Part shown: positions 54,971-64,000 of the stretch, piece after piece | Position numbering within the stretch: the first letter of the stretch is position 1 | Layout of the letters: the number at the start of each line of letters is the position of its first letter | Origin: an uncultured Clostridia bacterium | GTDB lineage: Bacteria; Bacillota; Clostridia; Christensenellales; UBA1242 | Assembly: GCA_945919375.1 (NCBI GenBank) | Contig: CAMEJD010000007.1 | Span: forward strand, 4,455 to 68,454 | Reading direction: 5' to 3' | DNA length: 64,000 nucleotides | Program-made: the position numbers and the translations under genes | The notes under the pieces: generated by a model | What the model was told of the DNA's origin: nothing | Databases searched by the model: none | What the model saw: the letters and a program-made list of their open reading frames with translations, nothing else

Positions 54971-57900
54971 TTATTTGGTTTTTGTACATATGTAAGTTGC
55001 AATATTAATATCAACCAGTTCTCTATTTGAAGTTAATATTCTTGCATAAACGACCAAAGTTGCACTGCCTTTATTGTTTATATTGTACGAAACAGTAACG
55101 CCATTTGCATTTAGTTCAACCGATTTTACCAATCCATTGTCATCTGTTAATTTGTATGCATAATTTATATCAGTAAAGTTTGCCAATGTAAGTTCGTATT
55201 TTTCGGTTTCTGTTGTAATATCTTTCGTTTCATTTATTGCAATATTACTATTTGTATTATACACAACAACATTTACACTGCCAAGACTTGTTGTTGAAAC
55301 AATTCTATTATCTCTGTCAAAAACATTGTAATAATATGCAAAGGTAAATGTGCAATACAAATCATTACTTGATTGTTCTTTGCTAACTGTGTAAGTATAT
55401 TCCGTTGAATTTGTGCCATCATTCATCTTTTGTTGAATTTCTTCATAACTTGCTAGGTTACCATATATATCAACAAAATGCACAAATTGAGAGATTTCTT
55501 TTGCAAGTTCATCATTGTTGTTTAATGCATCCCAATCATATACTTTTTGAGTTTGACCTTCTCCAATGGTAACTTCTTTTTGGGCAATTTGTTTTGCAAG
55601 AATAACGTTTGTTGATGAAATTGACATTTTTACTGCATTGTCCCTTACATACCTATCACTTGTAATAGTGTATCCTGTTAATGTTGTAGTATTGCATTCA
55701 ATGCTAATATCTTCACTTGCTGTAATTGATAAAGCACTAGAGTAAGCCATATCCAATATATTTGTTCTATCTGCACCATTTACAAAGAATATTTTTACAC
55801 TTGTAGAATTGTTAAAGTAATCAAGAACTCTCTTTCCAGACCAATAATTGCTATTTTTGTCTTTTACTCTGAACAAGTTTAATATATCAGAAATTTTTGC
55901 TTTGCCATTTTCAACAACCAAGGTACTTGCATTTTTTTCTATATCTTGAATTTCAGGTTTTCTGAATGCCAATTGAACTGTTGAAATTAGTTCTTTTGAA
56001 TTTTGACCATATTTTACATATATATCAACTTCCAAATAGTTTACATTCAAATTAAATTCACTATCAAGTTCAATCAAACCAGTATCTTTGTTGATTCTTG
56101 CATATTTATCAATTGCTGTATCTGTTGAATGTATACCAAAGGCAAGACTTCCGGAAACATTATTCCCCGAACTGTCAATATTGTTTGGTAAATACAAATC
56201 ATCTTCATTGTACACAATAGCATTTGAATATCCCGGATTAAGCATAAATGCATTATCTTCGCTAGATTTTCCAGCCCAAGTGCCAAGGTCAACATTTACA
56301 TTTCCTTCATTATCAACATTTCTGTAGTTTACAAATTTTACGACATTTGAACCATAAGCAAATCTCTTGTCAACATCAACATATTTTAATGTTACATTGA
56401 TATTGACTGGGTGTCCTGTGTCACCTTTTGAATATTCGTTATTGTCGCTATTTTTTGCATATGAAATATCAAATCGTACAGTTCTTTGTTGATATACAAT
56501 GTTAGTTTGATTTATTGTAACAGTACTCCAACTTTCGCCATCTACAAAATCTTTTAGGTTTAATGCATATAATCCATCAAATTCTGTTATCGTTGCTTCA
56601 TTTTGAGTACTTATTGCAAGTTTTATATCTTTTAACTTTCTTATATCGTCTTGAGATAAGCCGTTATTAACATAAATATATCCACCATTTTGTGCAATTT
56701 TCCCAGTCAAGAATTTTGTATATTCTCCACTCTTTATTATCCCTTGTCCAACAAGAGATATAGTATCGTTTCTTAATGAATTGCAAGCAATCTTTAAAGT
56801 TGAACCGTTTTCAAAGTATACAACTATTTCGTTATTATCATAATTGCTGATATTTCTAAGCCCTATTTTTAAAACTTGGTCTTTTATTATTTGATGTGAA
56901 ATATTTAATGTGCAATTATTTTCTTCAATTCTAACATATTTTTCATTTCCATCACTTGTTGTTATTGTTGCTTCATTCCCAACAAGATAATAACATACTT
57001 TGTCAGGATTATCTTTGTCTGCTTCCAAACAATATTTTGAGAATGTTATGCTTATTGCTTTTCCGTCAGTTGATAGATAGATTTTTCCGTTTGCATCTTT
57101 TAATTCACTTAATCTACCCAACGAATCCCACATTATTAGTTGGAATGTATAGTTTTCTATTGAGTCAATTTCAAAAGTATCTTGCAAACTTGCAAACACT
57201 TTTCCCGATCTTGAATCTAATATAGGTTCGCCAATTGCACTATCAGTAATAACCTTGTCTGTTGTTTTGTCAACCAAACGCAAACCAAATGTTAATCCCA
57301 AATGTTCACTTGAACTAATGCCGGATATAACATAGTCAATCGCAACGGAATCACTCTTTTCAAGACTTCTTTCTCCAACTTTGATTGCTGATGATTTGTT
57401 GTCAATTACTTCAATAACATCAAGCATATCAAAAGGAACGCCATCTCTTACATAAACTTTGTCATCAATTGTTTTTATTGTATATAGTGCTTTTACAACA
57501 CTTGGGATACTTAATATAATTGTTGAACCGGAATACATAAGTTCAATTTTTAAAGTTCCTTCAACTTGGACTTCCGAAGCCAAAATGTTTAGTGAATTTA
57601 TTTTAATTTTATTTCCACCTGGTAGTTTAGCAAAATCATCAATATATTGTCTATTGCTATCTTCAAATGCTACAGATTTTATTGTAACATCATCAAGATC
57701 GATATTTTGATCTACAGTTTTTTCAAAGTTAATTGGAACCAATACATTTGGACTTTGTTCACTTGTTCCACCTGAGTTGTTATTAACAATTTCCAATGTA
57801 TCTTCTTCATAGAACGAAAGTGTGCCGGAATTATAAATTGGATTATATATTGCAAGAATTGTAATATAGTAATCAAATGTATAACCATAATCATCTTCAA

Positions 57901-60900
57901 ACACAAGTTTAATTTTTACATTTCCAAAAGAAATTTTATCAAAATAGAATGTTAAATTATTCTTGTTATCAAGTCTATGAATCTTGCCATCTCCATTATC
58001 ATCAAAATTCTTTGCTTGTGTTACTTTAAATAATGGGATAATGTTTCCACTTACACCATCAATTGAATTTGTATGTTCAATATAGATAAGATTGTTACTT
58101 AAATCCAAATCACCCAATGTTGCAAAAGTTTTTGAATTTTGCAAACTATTGTCGTTCAATGCATGAATTGTGCATGGATTTGTTTCGCTGTTTTGAGATG
58201 CATCAGTGTTAATTAGTGTTAAATTTTGATAATCGGCACTAACCTTGAATTTTAACACATATTCTTCACTACTCTTGTCAATTGTGATTTTAAACACAAC
58301 TTTTACGTAAACAGGTTCATTTGGTGCACCCATTGCCAATATTTCATAGTCAATATTTTTGTCACCAGCACTTGTTGCTTTTGGTGTCACACGCAAGAAA
58401 CCTCTATTTTGTTCAACTAATTGTGAGAAGTTTTCATCATAATACTCAAAAATATCTGTTTGTTCAACAGTAATTTTTGAATCATTATCACCAAGGTCTT
58501 TTACTGTATAATAAATATTATTTGACTTTCTCTTCAACCCGGCACTAACCCTATCATATTTTATTGCTTCGTCTTTGATAAGATTAACCTTGTTGCCTGT
58601 TGAAACCTCAAATGTTGATTTTTCAAATTCTGCATCCAAAATTTCTTGTACATAATATGAATCAATTTCCACTGAAGTATCGGTAATAATCAACTTACCT
58701 GCTTTTATTCCTGTGCCGGCAATTGATGTGAAAGACATTTCACTCAAATTTGTAATCTTATATAATTTATCTATATCACAAACAGTTCCATTATACTTTA
58801 GTTCAATTCTTGTTTGTATTGACAAGATTTGATAACTTATTGCACTTGTTATAGTATCATCAAGTACTTCATCACCATTTTCATCATAAATTGCAAAGCC
58901 ACTATTTATATTTTCATTCAATTTTGGGGTTGTCATTTGTTCTGGATTTATTGTTTTAAAGTAAACATCAATTATAGGTGATGCATTGTTTAAAACAAGA
59001 GATTGCCCATTTTGATTTACATTCACACCAAAGAGTTCTTTTATGCCAAGATAATATTTTTTGCTTGTGTCTGCTATTGATGATGATATTTTTATGTTTA
59101 GTCTAACTGTTTTGGTTGGTTCATCATTTGAACCCAAATAAATTAACTCTGGATTATTTTGGTCATTTGGTGATGATGCATTAAAATTGTATTTGTTAAC
59201 ACTCCACACCTTGCTTAAGTTATTTGATATAATCACCAAATAATGTCCAATTTCAAAATACTGTTCTTCAATTTTAAGATACACTGCAAATCTTACATTA
59301 TCTTGTTCTTTATTTAATATAAAACCAAAATTAGTGTCAAATGCATAATATTTGTTTTCTTCAATAACTTCACTATTGTTAACTTTAACTTGCGTTAAAA
59401 CTTTGTCATATCCACTTGCTTTGATATAAACATTATTCTTGCTATATTCTATATCTGCTGGGTCTTGTGTTCCAATCTTTGAGATAACAAATCTTCTTCC
59501 ATTTGCAAGCAAAGCCTGTTTGTTAAGATTGATCGTGTCACTTTGAGCCCCATTGTAGTTAATATAGAAATATTCACAAGGTTCATCTGCTGTTGACCTT
59601 TGAGTGCTTGATGCTTGTGGATAATTTGTTTCAACTTTAAAATTAGGATTTAATGTAAATACAACATATGCAGTAAGTATTGTATACTCGTTGCCATTCA
59701 AAATATTTATATATTCAACTCTGTATGTAACAACTGTTTTTTCAACAACAAGTGGTGTTGTTATTGTTAAATCCAAACCATTTGTTTCTGCTCTGTAATG
59801 TTCTTTTAATGGGATTTCAGAAATAAGGGTTGCCCTAAATCCTGTGTAATTTTGTTGCCATTCTTCAACAGTTTTTCCAACAATCACAAATGGTGACAAA
59901 AGTTCGGTTTGTGCATTAGATTGAACCAATGTTATTGATATTTGACTTCCATTATCATTTGTTACTATGTTGTCGTTTGAAATTTCAAATTTGTTTGTCA
60001 GTGAAATTTCTTGTGAATTTACTTTATTTAAGGACAACTGTGGATTAACTGTAAACTTATATTTATTTGTGTAAGTAATAACATTCCCTTCAGCATCTGT
60101 TCCCAAATTGAATGATATTTCAAAAGTTATATCAAAAGCATCTTTTACTGCACCAATTTTTATACTTTTACCATCAATCCATACATTTTCAGTATAGTTT
60201 TTGTCCCCTACTATTGATATTTTACTGATATCAAATGTTTGGATTTCTTCCGTAAAATCATCATCTACATTCGAATACTTGTATGCCTTGAACGAAGTTT
60301 TGTCTATTATTGTATTGTCTTTTATATTATTTTCGTTTGCTTTTACAACATAATTTGATTGAACGCTCACATTGATATCCAAAAGTTTTCCATATATTGT
60401 ATAAAACATTAGCTTTGCAGACCAATTATTTGTGCATTCTTCAGTAGAAATTGTGTATATGTCTTGAGTTTTTTCTATAATAATGTGTTCATCTTTTGCA
60501 CTTTCGTCATATGCATAGAATTGCAAAAGTGAAGTTACATCGCTAGTAATTGTTGAATTTCCACTTGGGATTATCTGTTGAAGCCCGTAGTTTAATTCTT
60601 TTGATTCACCAGCCTTGATTTCTATATCCTTTATTGTTTGGTCGCTTTCATTTTTATATGCTTTCAAGTTTGGTATTTCGCCAACGCTAACATAATAATA
60701 TCCCAAAAGTCCTTCTGTTGATATTTCAATTTCAACACGAACTTTTTTGAAGCCATTTGAGTTGATATTCAACAAACCTGAATTATTACCACTGCTAAAA
60801 TAAGCGAATTTAGCCCTATCTTGCGCTTCAAAGAACATACTATCAGAAGTTGTTGCATATAGAACTTTTGAAACCTTGAATTTAATGTTTGCACCTTTTG

Positions 60901-63900
60901 ATGTTCCATTATATTCGTTATCATTGAGATAAATTGCAACTCTCTTTGAATCTTGAGATTTGTTTGGAACAAAACTTTCTTGTGTTCCAAGCAAGTCAAT
61001 AGAAACCTTGCCATTTTCTCCACTTGACAAATACTCTCTCTCAAAATCACTTGAACTTGCGATAAGAGTTTGCATGTCTACTTGTGTCATTTCGCTTGTT
61101 CCATTAAGATATGGATAGAATACTTTTAGGCTCAATTCCTTTTCAATACGAAGTACATAAGGAATGATTAGTGAAGATGGTTGCAATGGATTAAGATTTG
61201 CAAAAATTGTAACATATTTAACTTCGCCTGCTGGAATTATTCTTATGTTTCCATTTTCAAGCAAACTTGCATATTCGGCATCGTCAGTATACAAAGTATA
61301 TTTTACGGAATCGGTTTCAATTGCTTGAACACCAAAGTTCCCGTTTGTTAATTCTTCTATTGTATACTTAAATTTTTCGCCCTCGTCGGCTGTTGACCTT
61401 ATTGAAGTGTAATAACCATTTTCGATAAGCCAATTTGAATCTAGCAAATTGATTAAATCAACGCCATTAAGCACACCATACTCATAGTTCACAAATGGCA
61501 TATCAAGTGGGAATAGCATTACATTAAATGTAAGACTGTTTCCGTTTTCCAAAAGGACTGTGATTGTTAAATTATCGTTATTATCATTCTTTGATATGAG
61601 AGAATATCTTACCCCCGTAATATCAAATGATGTGTCAGTTTTACTAACATAATCATTTTCGGTTATGCTTAAATCTTTAACTTGACCATTGTTGTCAAAG
61701 TAAAACATACCTTTTATCTTATCAAAGTCGTATATTCTATCGTTTACTAATTTTAAGTAATATTCTCCATCATATAGAACCCAATCACCATTTTCGTTGT
61801 TCATCTTTATATAAGGCGCAACTTGTACAGTGATTGTAGCAATTTTACAATCATTATATTTTACAATAATATCAAGATTCTCAATTCCTGTAAGTTGTTT
61901 TATACATCTTAATGTGTAATTTGTGACTTCATAACCAGTAACCCCATCATTTAGTTCAAACTTAATGTTGTTATTAAATTGTGTGTTTCCTAGTTTCCTA
62001 CTCAACTTGAATGGATAAGTTACTGTGTTATCATTACCAAAGATTTCTTTTTCACCAGTGATTGTTGCTTGCCCTGATGGTGTGTTTTTAAAGTCAAAGT
62101 ATATTGTATCCGAAGTTAATTCAACTTCTATGTTTGGTGTTACATACAAATATACATCATAGTATGCATCATAAACTTCTTTATTGTTTGGATGAGCACC
62201 GAATGTCAGTGTCATTTTCTTTTGACTTTCACTAAACGAATCAAAGTAAACTTTCACAGAGAAACTTCTCTTGCCATTTGTATCAATATCCGGCAATACA
62301 AAGTCATGGTCAATATCAAGTTTCGCAACTGTTGTTTCTCTTGTTAAAGTAATGATTCTTCCATTGTCGTTTACCATAAATGCATAGTTTACATCATCTG
62401 TATTTGTAGTTGAATTTGATACAATGGTATAACTCATTACAACACTAAATTCATAAGAATATTCAGAATACAAACCATAGTATAGTTTTGGTCCATCATC
62501 TTCACCACTAATGCTTGGTAATTGTGTTGATGGTTGAGTTATTGTTATTTGAACATTTGGTCTTACATCAAGTGTAATATATTGAGAAATTCCAAGTTCT
62601 GTAATACTTGCAAGCAATCTTATTGTTATTGCACTTCCAAAGTTTCTTGTAAAGATTATTCCTGTTTCATCAATTGTGATATATTTACCCAATATGTTTT
62701 CATCAAGTTCTTCAACAAGTGAAATTTTCACTTGGCTTACGAGTGAAGCAACTTCAGTTTGAGCTTCGCCTTGATATTCGTACATATATTGAACAAGGTT
62801 AATTGCACCAATAGTTGTGTCATTAAATTTTATTTCTGTGCCTTTTGCTCCAATAACTGTAATTGTTTTTAAATCAAAAGTGTATTGTCCTTCTTTTGTT
62901 TCATCATAAACAGTTTCTGTTCCCCAAATTGGTTGCAAAGTTGACTTATCTTGAGTTTCGGTAATGAATTTTACTTCACTAACTCTTCCAGAGTTTCCTG
63001 CATGGATATAAAGAATTTTATCTTCCATACCATCTCTCTTTAATATCAAATTAACATCTTTGTCTTTGTCAACAAGTGTAAATGTGTCCCCATTTACCAC
63101 CATAACATTAGGGTCTGAACTTTCAAGTTTGTAACTATATGTGATAGGTAATCTTCCATACTTATCTTTCATAACAATGTTTACCCTTGAAGTAACAACT
63201 TTCCCTGCATCCTCGCCTGTGACAACAAATAGGTCTTCTTTTACATCTTGGTCATTAAGTTTAAATGTTCTATCAATCCTTTGTACAACTCCATTTGTTG
63301 CTACAATATCAGAAGAAATTACAACTCTATTATCTTTTGATGTTGGAGATACCAAATTAAGATTAAAATCAAATGTATATGCTTCCCCATTATATATCTC
63401 TATATAATCAGCAACTTGCTCGGCAATTTCTGTATTATTTGCTTTTACAAACTTGCATTCAATTTTGTAATCTTTGTAAACATCGTCTGCCAAGTTATAT
63501 CTTACATAAAATTCAAGTTTTGTTTCCGCTTTTTTAAGCAACTCGCCAACATAAACTGAATATTTTTGTTTGTAAATACCATTTTCTTCAAAAAGTGATA
63601 GTTTCTTAAATGTGATTAGTGGCAAATCTGAACCATCAAGGTTTTGTTCCTGACCATCAAGTTTCGCAATTATACTAATCTCATTCTTTTGTATCGCTTG
63701 TTTAAATATATCTTTTTCAATTTCATCATTTGTATCTTGTGTTATTGCAATGTCAAAATAATTTTTTGCTTCGCCCAAACTTTGAACAAATGCAAATTTT
63801 GAAGTTTGAGCTATTTCGTCCTCAACAAGCATTGATTGTAAATCATCTTGCGTGCCATTATATTCAAGCGTTGAATTAAATGCTTTCAGTGTTTTTTGAA

Positions 63901-64000
63901 TGGTTACGTTTAATAAATCCAAAACACCCTTGCTTTTGCTGTATTGGTCAATAATATATTGACCATTTTCATCAAGTTTAACATGTCCCAAATAATCCGC
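54971..64000 (-). CDS. giant protein (>3000 aa, 5' end outside the window), beta-rich adhesin-like, function unknown
   Basis: A single open frame runs from the stop at 54971 to the window edge; codons 63992-64000 are still in frame with no stop. The composition is N/T/I/Y/E/D/K/V-rich. There is no LPXTG, no C-terminal TM and no catalytic motif that I recognise. Confidence 0.85.
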   Translation of the reverse strand, partial: ADYLGHVKLDENGQYIIDQYSKSKGVLDLLNVTIQKTLKAFNSTLEYNGTQDDLQSMLVEDEIAQTSKFAFVQSLGEAKNYFDIAITQDTNDEIEKDIFKQAIQKNEISIIAKLDGQEQNLDGSDLPLITFKKLSLFEENGIYKQKYSVYVGELLKKAETKLEFYVRYNLADDVYKDYKIECKFVKANNTEIAEQVADYIEIYNGEAYTFDFNLNLVSPTSKDNRVVISSDIVATNGVVQRIDRTFKLNDQDVKEDLFVVTGEDAGKVVTSRVNIVMKDKYGRLPITYSYKLESSDPNVMVVNGDTFTLVDKDKDVNLILKRDGMEDKILYIHAGNSGRVSEVKFITETQDKSTLQPIWGTETVYDETKEGQYTFDLKTITVIGAKGTEIKFNDTTIGAINLVQYMYEYQGEAQTEVASLVSQVKISLVEELDENILGKYITIDETGIIFTRNFGSAITIRLLASITELGISQYITLDVRPNVQITITQPSTQLPSISGEDDGPKLYYGLYSEYSYEFSVVMSYTIVSNSTTNTDDVNYAFMVNDNGRIITLTRETTVAKLDIDHDFVLPDIDTNGKRSFSVKVYFDSFSESQKKMTLTFGAHPNNKEVYDAYYDVYLYVTPNIEVELTSDTIYFDFKNTPSGQATITGEKEIFGNDNTVTYPFKLSRKLGNTQFNNNIKFELNDGVTGYEVTNYTLRCIKQLTGIENLDIIVKYNDCKIATITVQVAPYIKMNNENGDWVLYDGEYYLKLVNDRIYDFDKIKGMFYFDNNGQVKDLSITENDYVSKTDTSFDITGVRYSLISKNDNNDNLTITVLLENGNSLTFNVMLFPLDMPFVNYEYGVLNGVDLINLLDSNWLIENGYYTSIRSTADEGEKFKYTIEELTNGNFGVQAIETDSVKYTLYTDDAEYASLLENGNIRIIPAGEVKYVTIFANLNPLQPSSLIIPYVLRIEKELSLKVFYPYLNGTSEMTQVDMQTLIASSSDFEREYLSSGENGKVSIDLLGTQESFVPNKSQDSKRVAIYLNDNEYNGTSKGANIKFKVSKVLYATTSDSMFFEAQDRAKFAYFSSGNNSGLLNINSNGFKKVRVEIEISTEGLLGYYYVSVGEIPNLKAYKNESDQTIKDIEIKAGESKELNYGLQQIIPSGNSTITSDVTSLLQFYAYDESAKDEHIIIEKTQDIYTISTEECTNNWSAKLMFYTIYGKLLDINVSVQSNYVVKANENNIKDNTIIDKTSFKAYKYSNVDDDFTEEIQTFDISKISIVGDKNYTENVWIDGKSIKIGAVKDAFDITFEISFNLGTDAEGNVITYTNKYKFTVNPQLSLNKVNSQEISLTNKFEISNDNIVTNDNGSQISITLVQSNAQTELLSPFVIVGKTVEEWQQNYTGFRATLISEIPLKEHYRAETNGLDLTITTPLVVEKTVVTYRVEYINILNGNEYTILTAYVVFTLNPNFKVETNYPQASSTQRSTADEPCEYFYINYNGAQSDTINLNKQALLANGRRFVISKIGTQDPADIEYSKNNVYIKASGYDKVLTQVKVNNSEVIEENKYYAFDTNFGFILNKEQDNVRFAVYLKIEEQYFEIGHYLVIISNNLSKVWSVNKYNFNASSPNDQNNPELIYLGSNDEPTKTVRLNIKISSSIADTSKKYYLGIKELFGVNVNQNGQSLVLNNASPIIDVYFKTINPEQMTTPKLNENINSGFAIYDENGDEVLDDTITSAISYQILSIQTRIELKYNGTVCDIDKLYKITNLSEMSFTSIAGTGIKAGKLIITDTSVEIDSYYVQEILDAEFEKSTFEVSTGNKVNLIKDEAIKYDRVSAGLKRKSNNIYYTVKDLGDNDSKITVEQTDIFEYYDENFSQLVEQNRGFLRVTPKATSAGDKNIDYEILAMGAPNEPVYVKVVFKITIDKSSEEYVLKFKVSADYQNLTLINTDASQNSETNPCTIHALNDNSLQNSKTFATLGDLDLSNNLIYIEHTNSIDGVSGNIIPLFKVTQAKNFDDNGDGKIHRLDNKNNLTFYFDKISFGNVKIKLVFEDDYGYTFDYYITILAIYNPIYNSGTLSFYEEDTLEIVNNNSGGTSEQSPNVLVPINFEKTVDQNIDLDDVTIKSVAFEDSNRQYIDDFAKLPGGNKIKINSLNILASEVQVEGTLKIELMYSGSTIILSIPSVVKALYTIKTIDDKVYVRDGVPFDMLDVIEVIDNKSSAIKVGERSLEKSDSVAIDYVISGISSSEHLGLTFGLRLVDKTTDKVITDSAIGEPILDSRSGKVFASLQDTFEIDSIENYTFQLIMWDSLGRLSELKDANGKIYLSTDGKAISITFSKYCLEADKDNPDKVCYYLVGNEATITTSDGNEKYVRIEENNCTLNISHQIIKDQVLKIGLRNISNYDNNEIVVYFENGSTLKIACNSLRNDTISLVGQGIIKSGEYTKFLTGKIAQNGGYIYVNNGLSQDDIRKLKDIKLAISTQNEATITEFDGLYALNLKDFVDGESWSTVTINQTNIVYQQRTVRFDISYAKNSDNNEYSKGDTGHPVNINVTLKYVDVDKRFAYGSNVVKFVNYRNVDNEGNVNVDLGTWAGKSSEDNAFMLNPGYSNAIVYNEDDLYLPNNIDSSGNNVSGSLAFGIHSTDTAIDKYARINKDTGLIELDSEFNLNVNYLEVDIYVKYGQNSKELISTVQLAFRKPEIQDIEKNASTLVVENGKAKISDILNLFRVKDKNSNYWSGKRVLDYFNNSTSVKIFFVNGADRTNILDMAYSSALSITASEDISIECNTTTLTGYTITSDRYVRDNAVKMSISSTNVILAKQIAQKEVTIGEGQTQKVYDWDALNNNDELAKEISQFVHFVDIYGNLASYEEIQQKMNDGTNSTEYTYTVSKEQSSNDLYCTFTFAYYYNVFDRDNRIVSTTSLGSVNVVVYNTNSNIAINETKDITTETEKYELTLANFTDINYAYKLTDDNGLVKSVELNANGVTVSYNINNKGSATLVVYARILTSNRELVDINIATYICTKTK

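Noticed and set aside
1-64000. CRISPR arrays, IS elements/transposases, rRNA genes, and alternative genetic code (UGA recoding)
   Set aside because: No regularly spaced direct repeats and no transposase or integrase motifs were seen. TGA terminates well-supported genes such as the FtsL-like and SUFU-like genes, and Trp is encoded by TGG, so the standard code applies.

Overview
This is a visibly AT-rich, densely coding bacterial chromosome segment, with roughly nine of ten genes on the minus strand. The gene content looks Firmicutes-like. It includes SpoVG, L27 with an N-terminal pro-sequence plus the Prp protease between rplU and rpmA, a dnaG-sigA pair, a PASTA-bearing PBP, GatB/YqeY and a HIT protein. 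The standard genetic code applies: Trp is TGG, and TAA, TGA and TAG all close good ORFs. Core genes that I can support are valS, rnhA, sigA, dnaG, rsmH, a transpeptidase PBP, rplU-prp-rpmA, rplM-rpsI, truA, PFOR, tkt, ldh, hflX, rpmE, a prmC fusion, prfA, murC, spoVG, cls, tRNA-Arg(ACG) and tRNA-Ser(GGA). I found no rRNA, CRISPR array, IS/transposase, integrase or recognisable defence enzyme, and no clear-cut multi-gene system with recognisable enzymology. The parts not explained by ordinary annotation are listed below.
- (1) The rearranged tRNA-Arg locus. Nested duplications create a promoter-bearing truncated tRNA fused to a 111-nt hairpin-dense insert, and there is a 13-nt perfect antisense match to the tRNA body.
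- (2) A giant ORF of more than 3000 codons that runs off the window edge, and a 1092-aa membrane-anchored Ig-like surface protein.
- (3) A 66-aa Cys-rich tandem-motif peptide gene with its own SD and terminator.
- (4) A DUF1385-PrmC fusion.
- (5) A CvpA-domain protein with a ~770-aa extension sitting where mraZ normally is, in a truncated dcw cluster that abuts dnaG-sigA.
- (6) Several runs of uncharacterised genes: 43.1-46.9 kb, 19.9-23.2 kb and 5.6-7.6 kb.
- (7) A small gene-decay patch with an orphan SUFU-like protein between two ribosomal-protein operons.
All functional calls rest on motifs read by eye. No database search was run.
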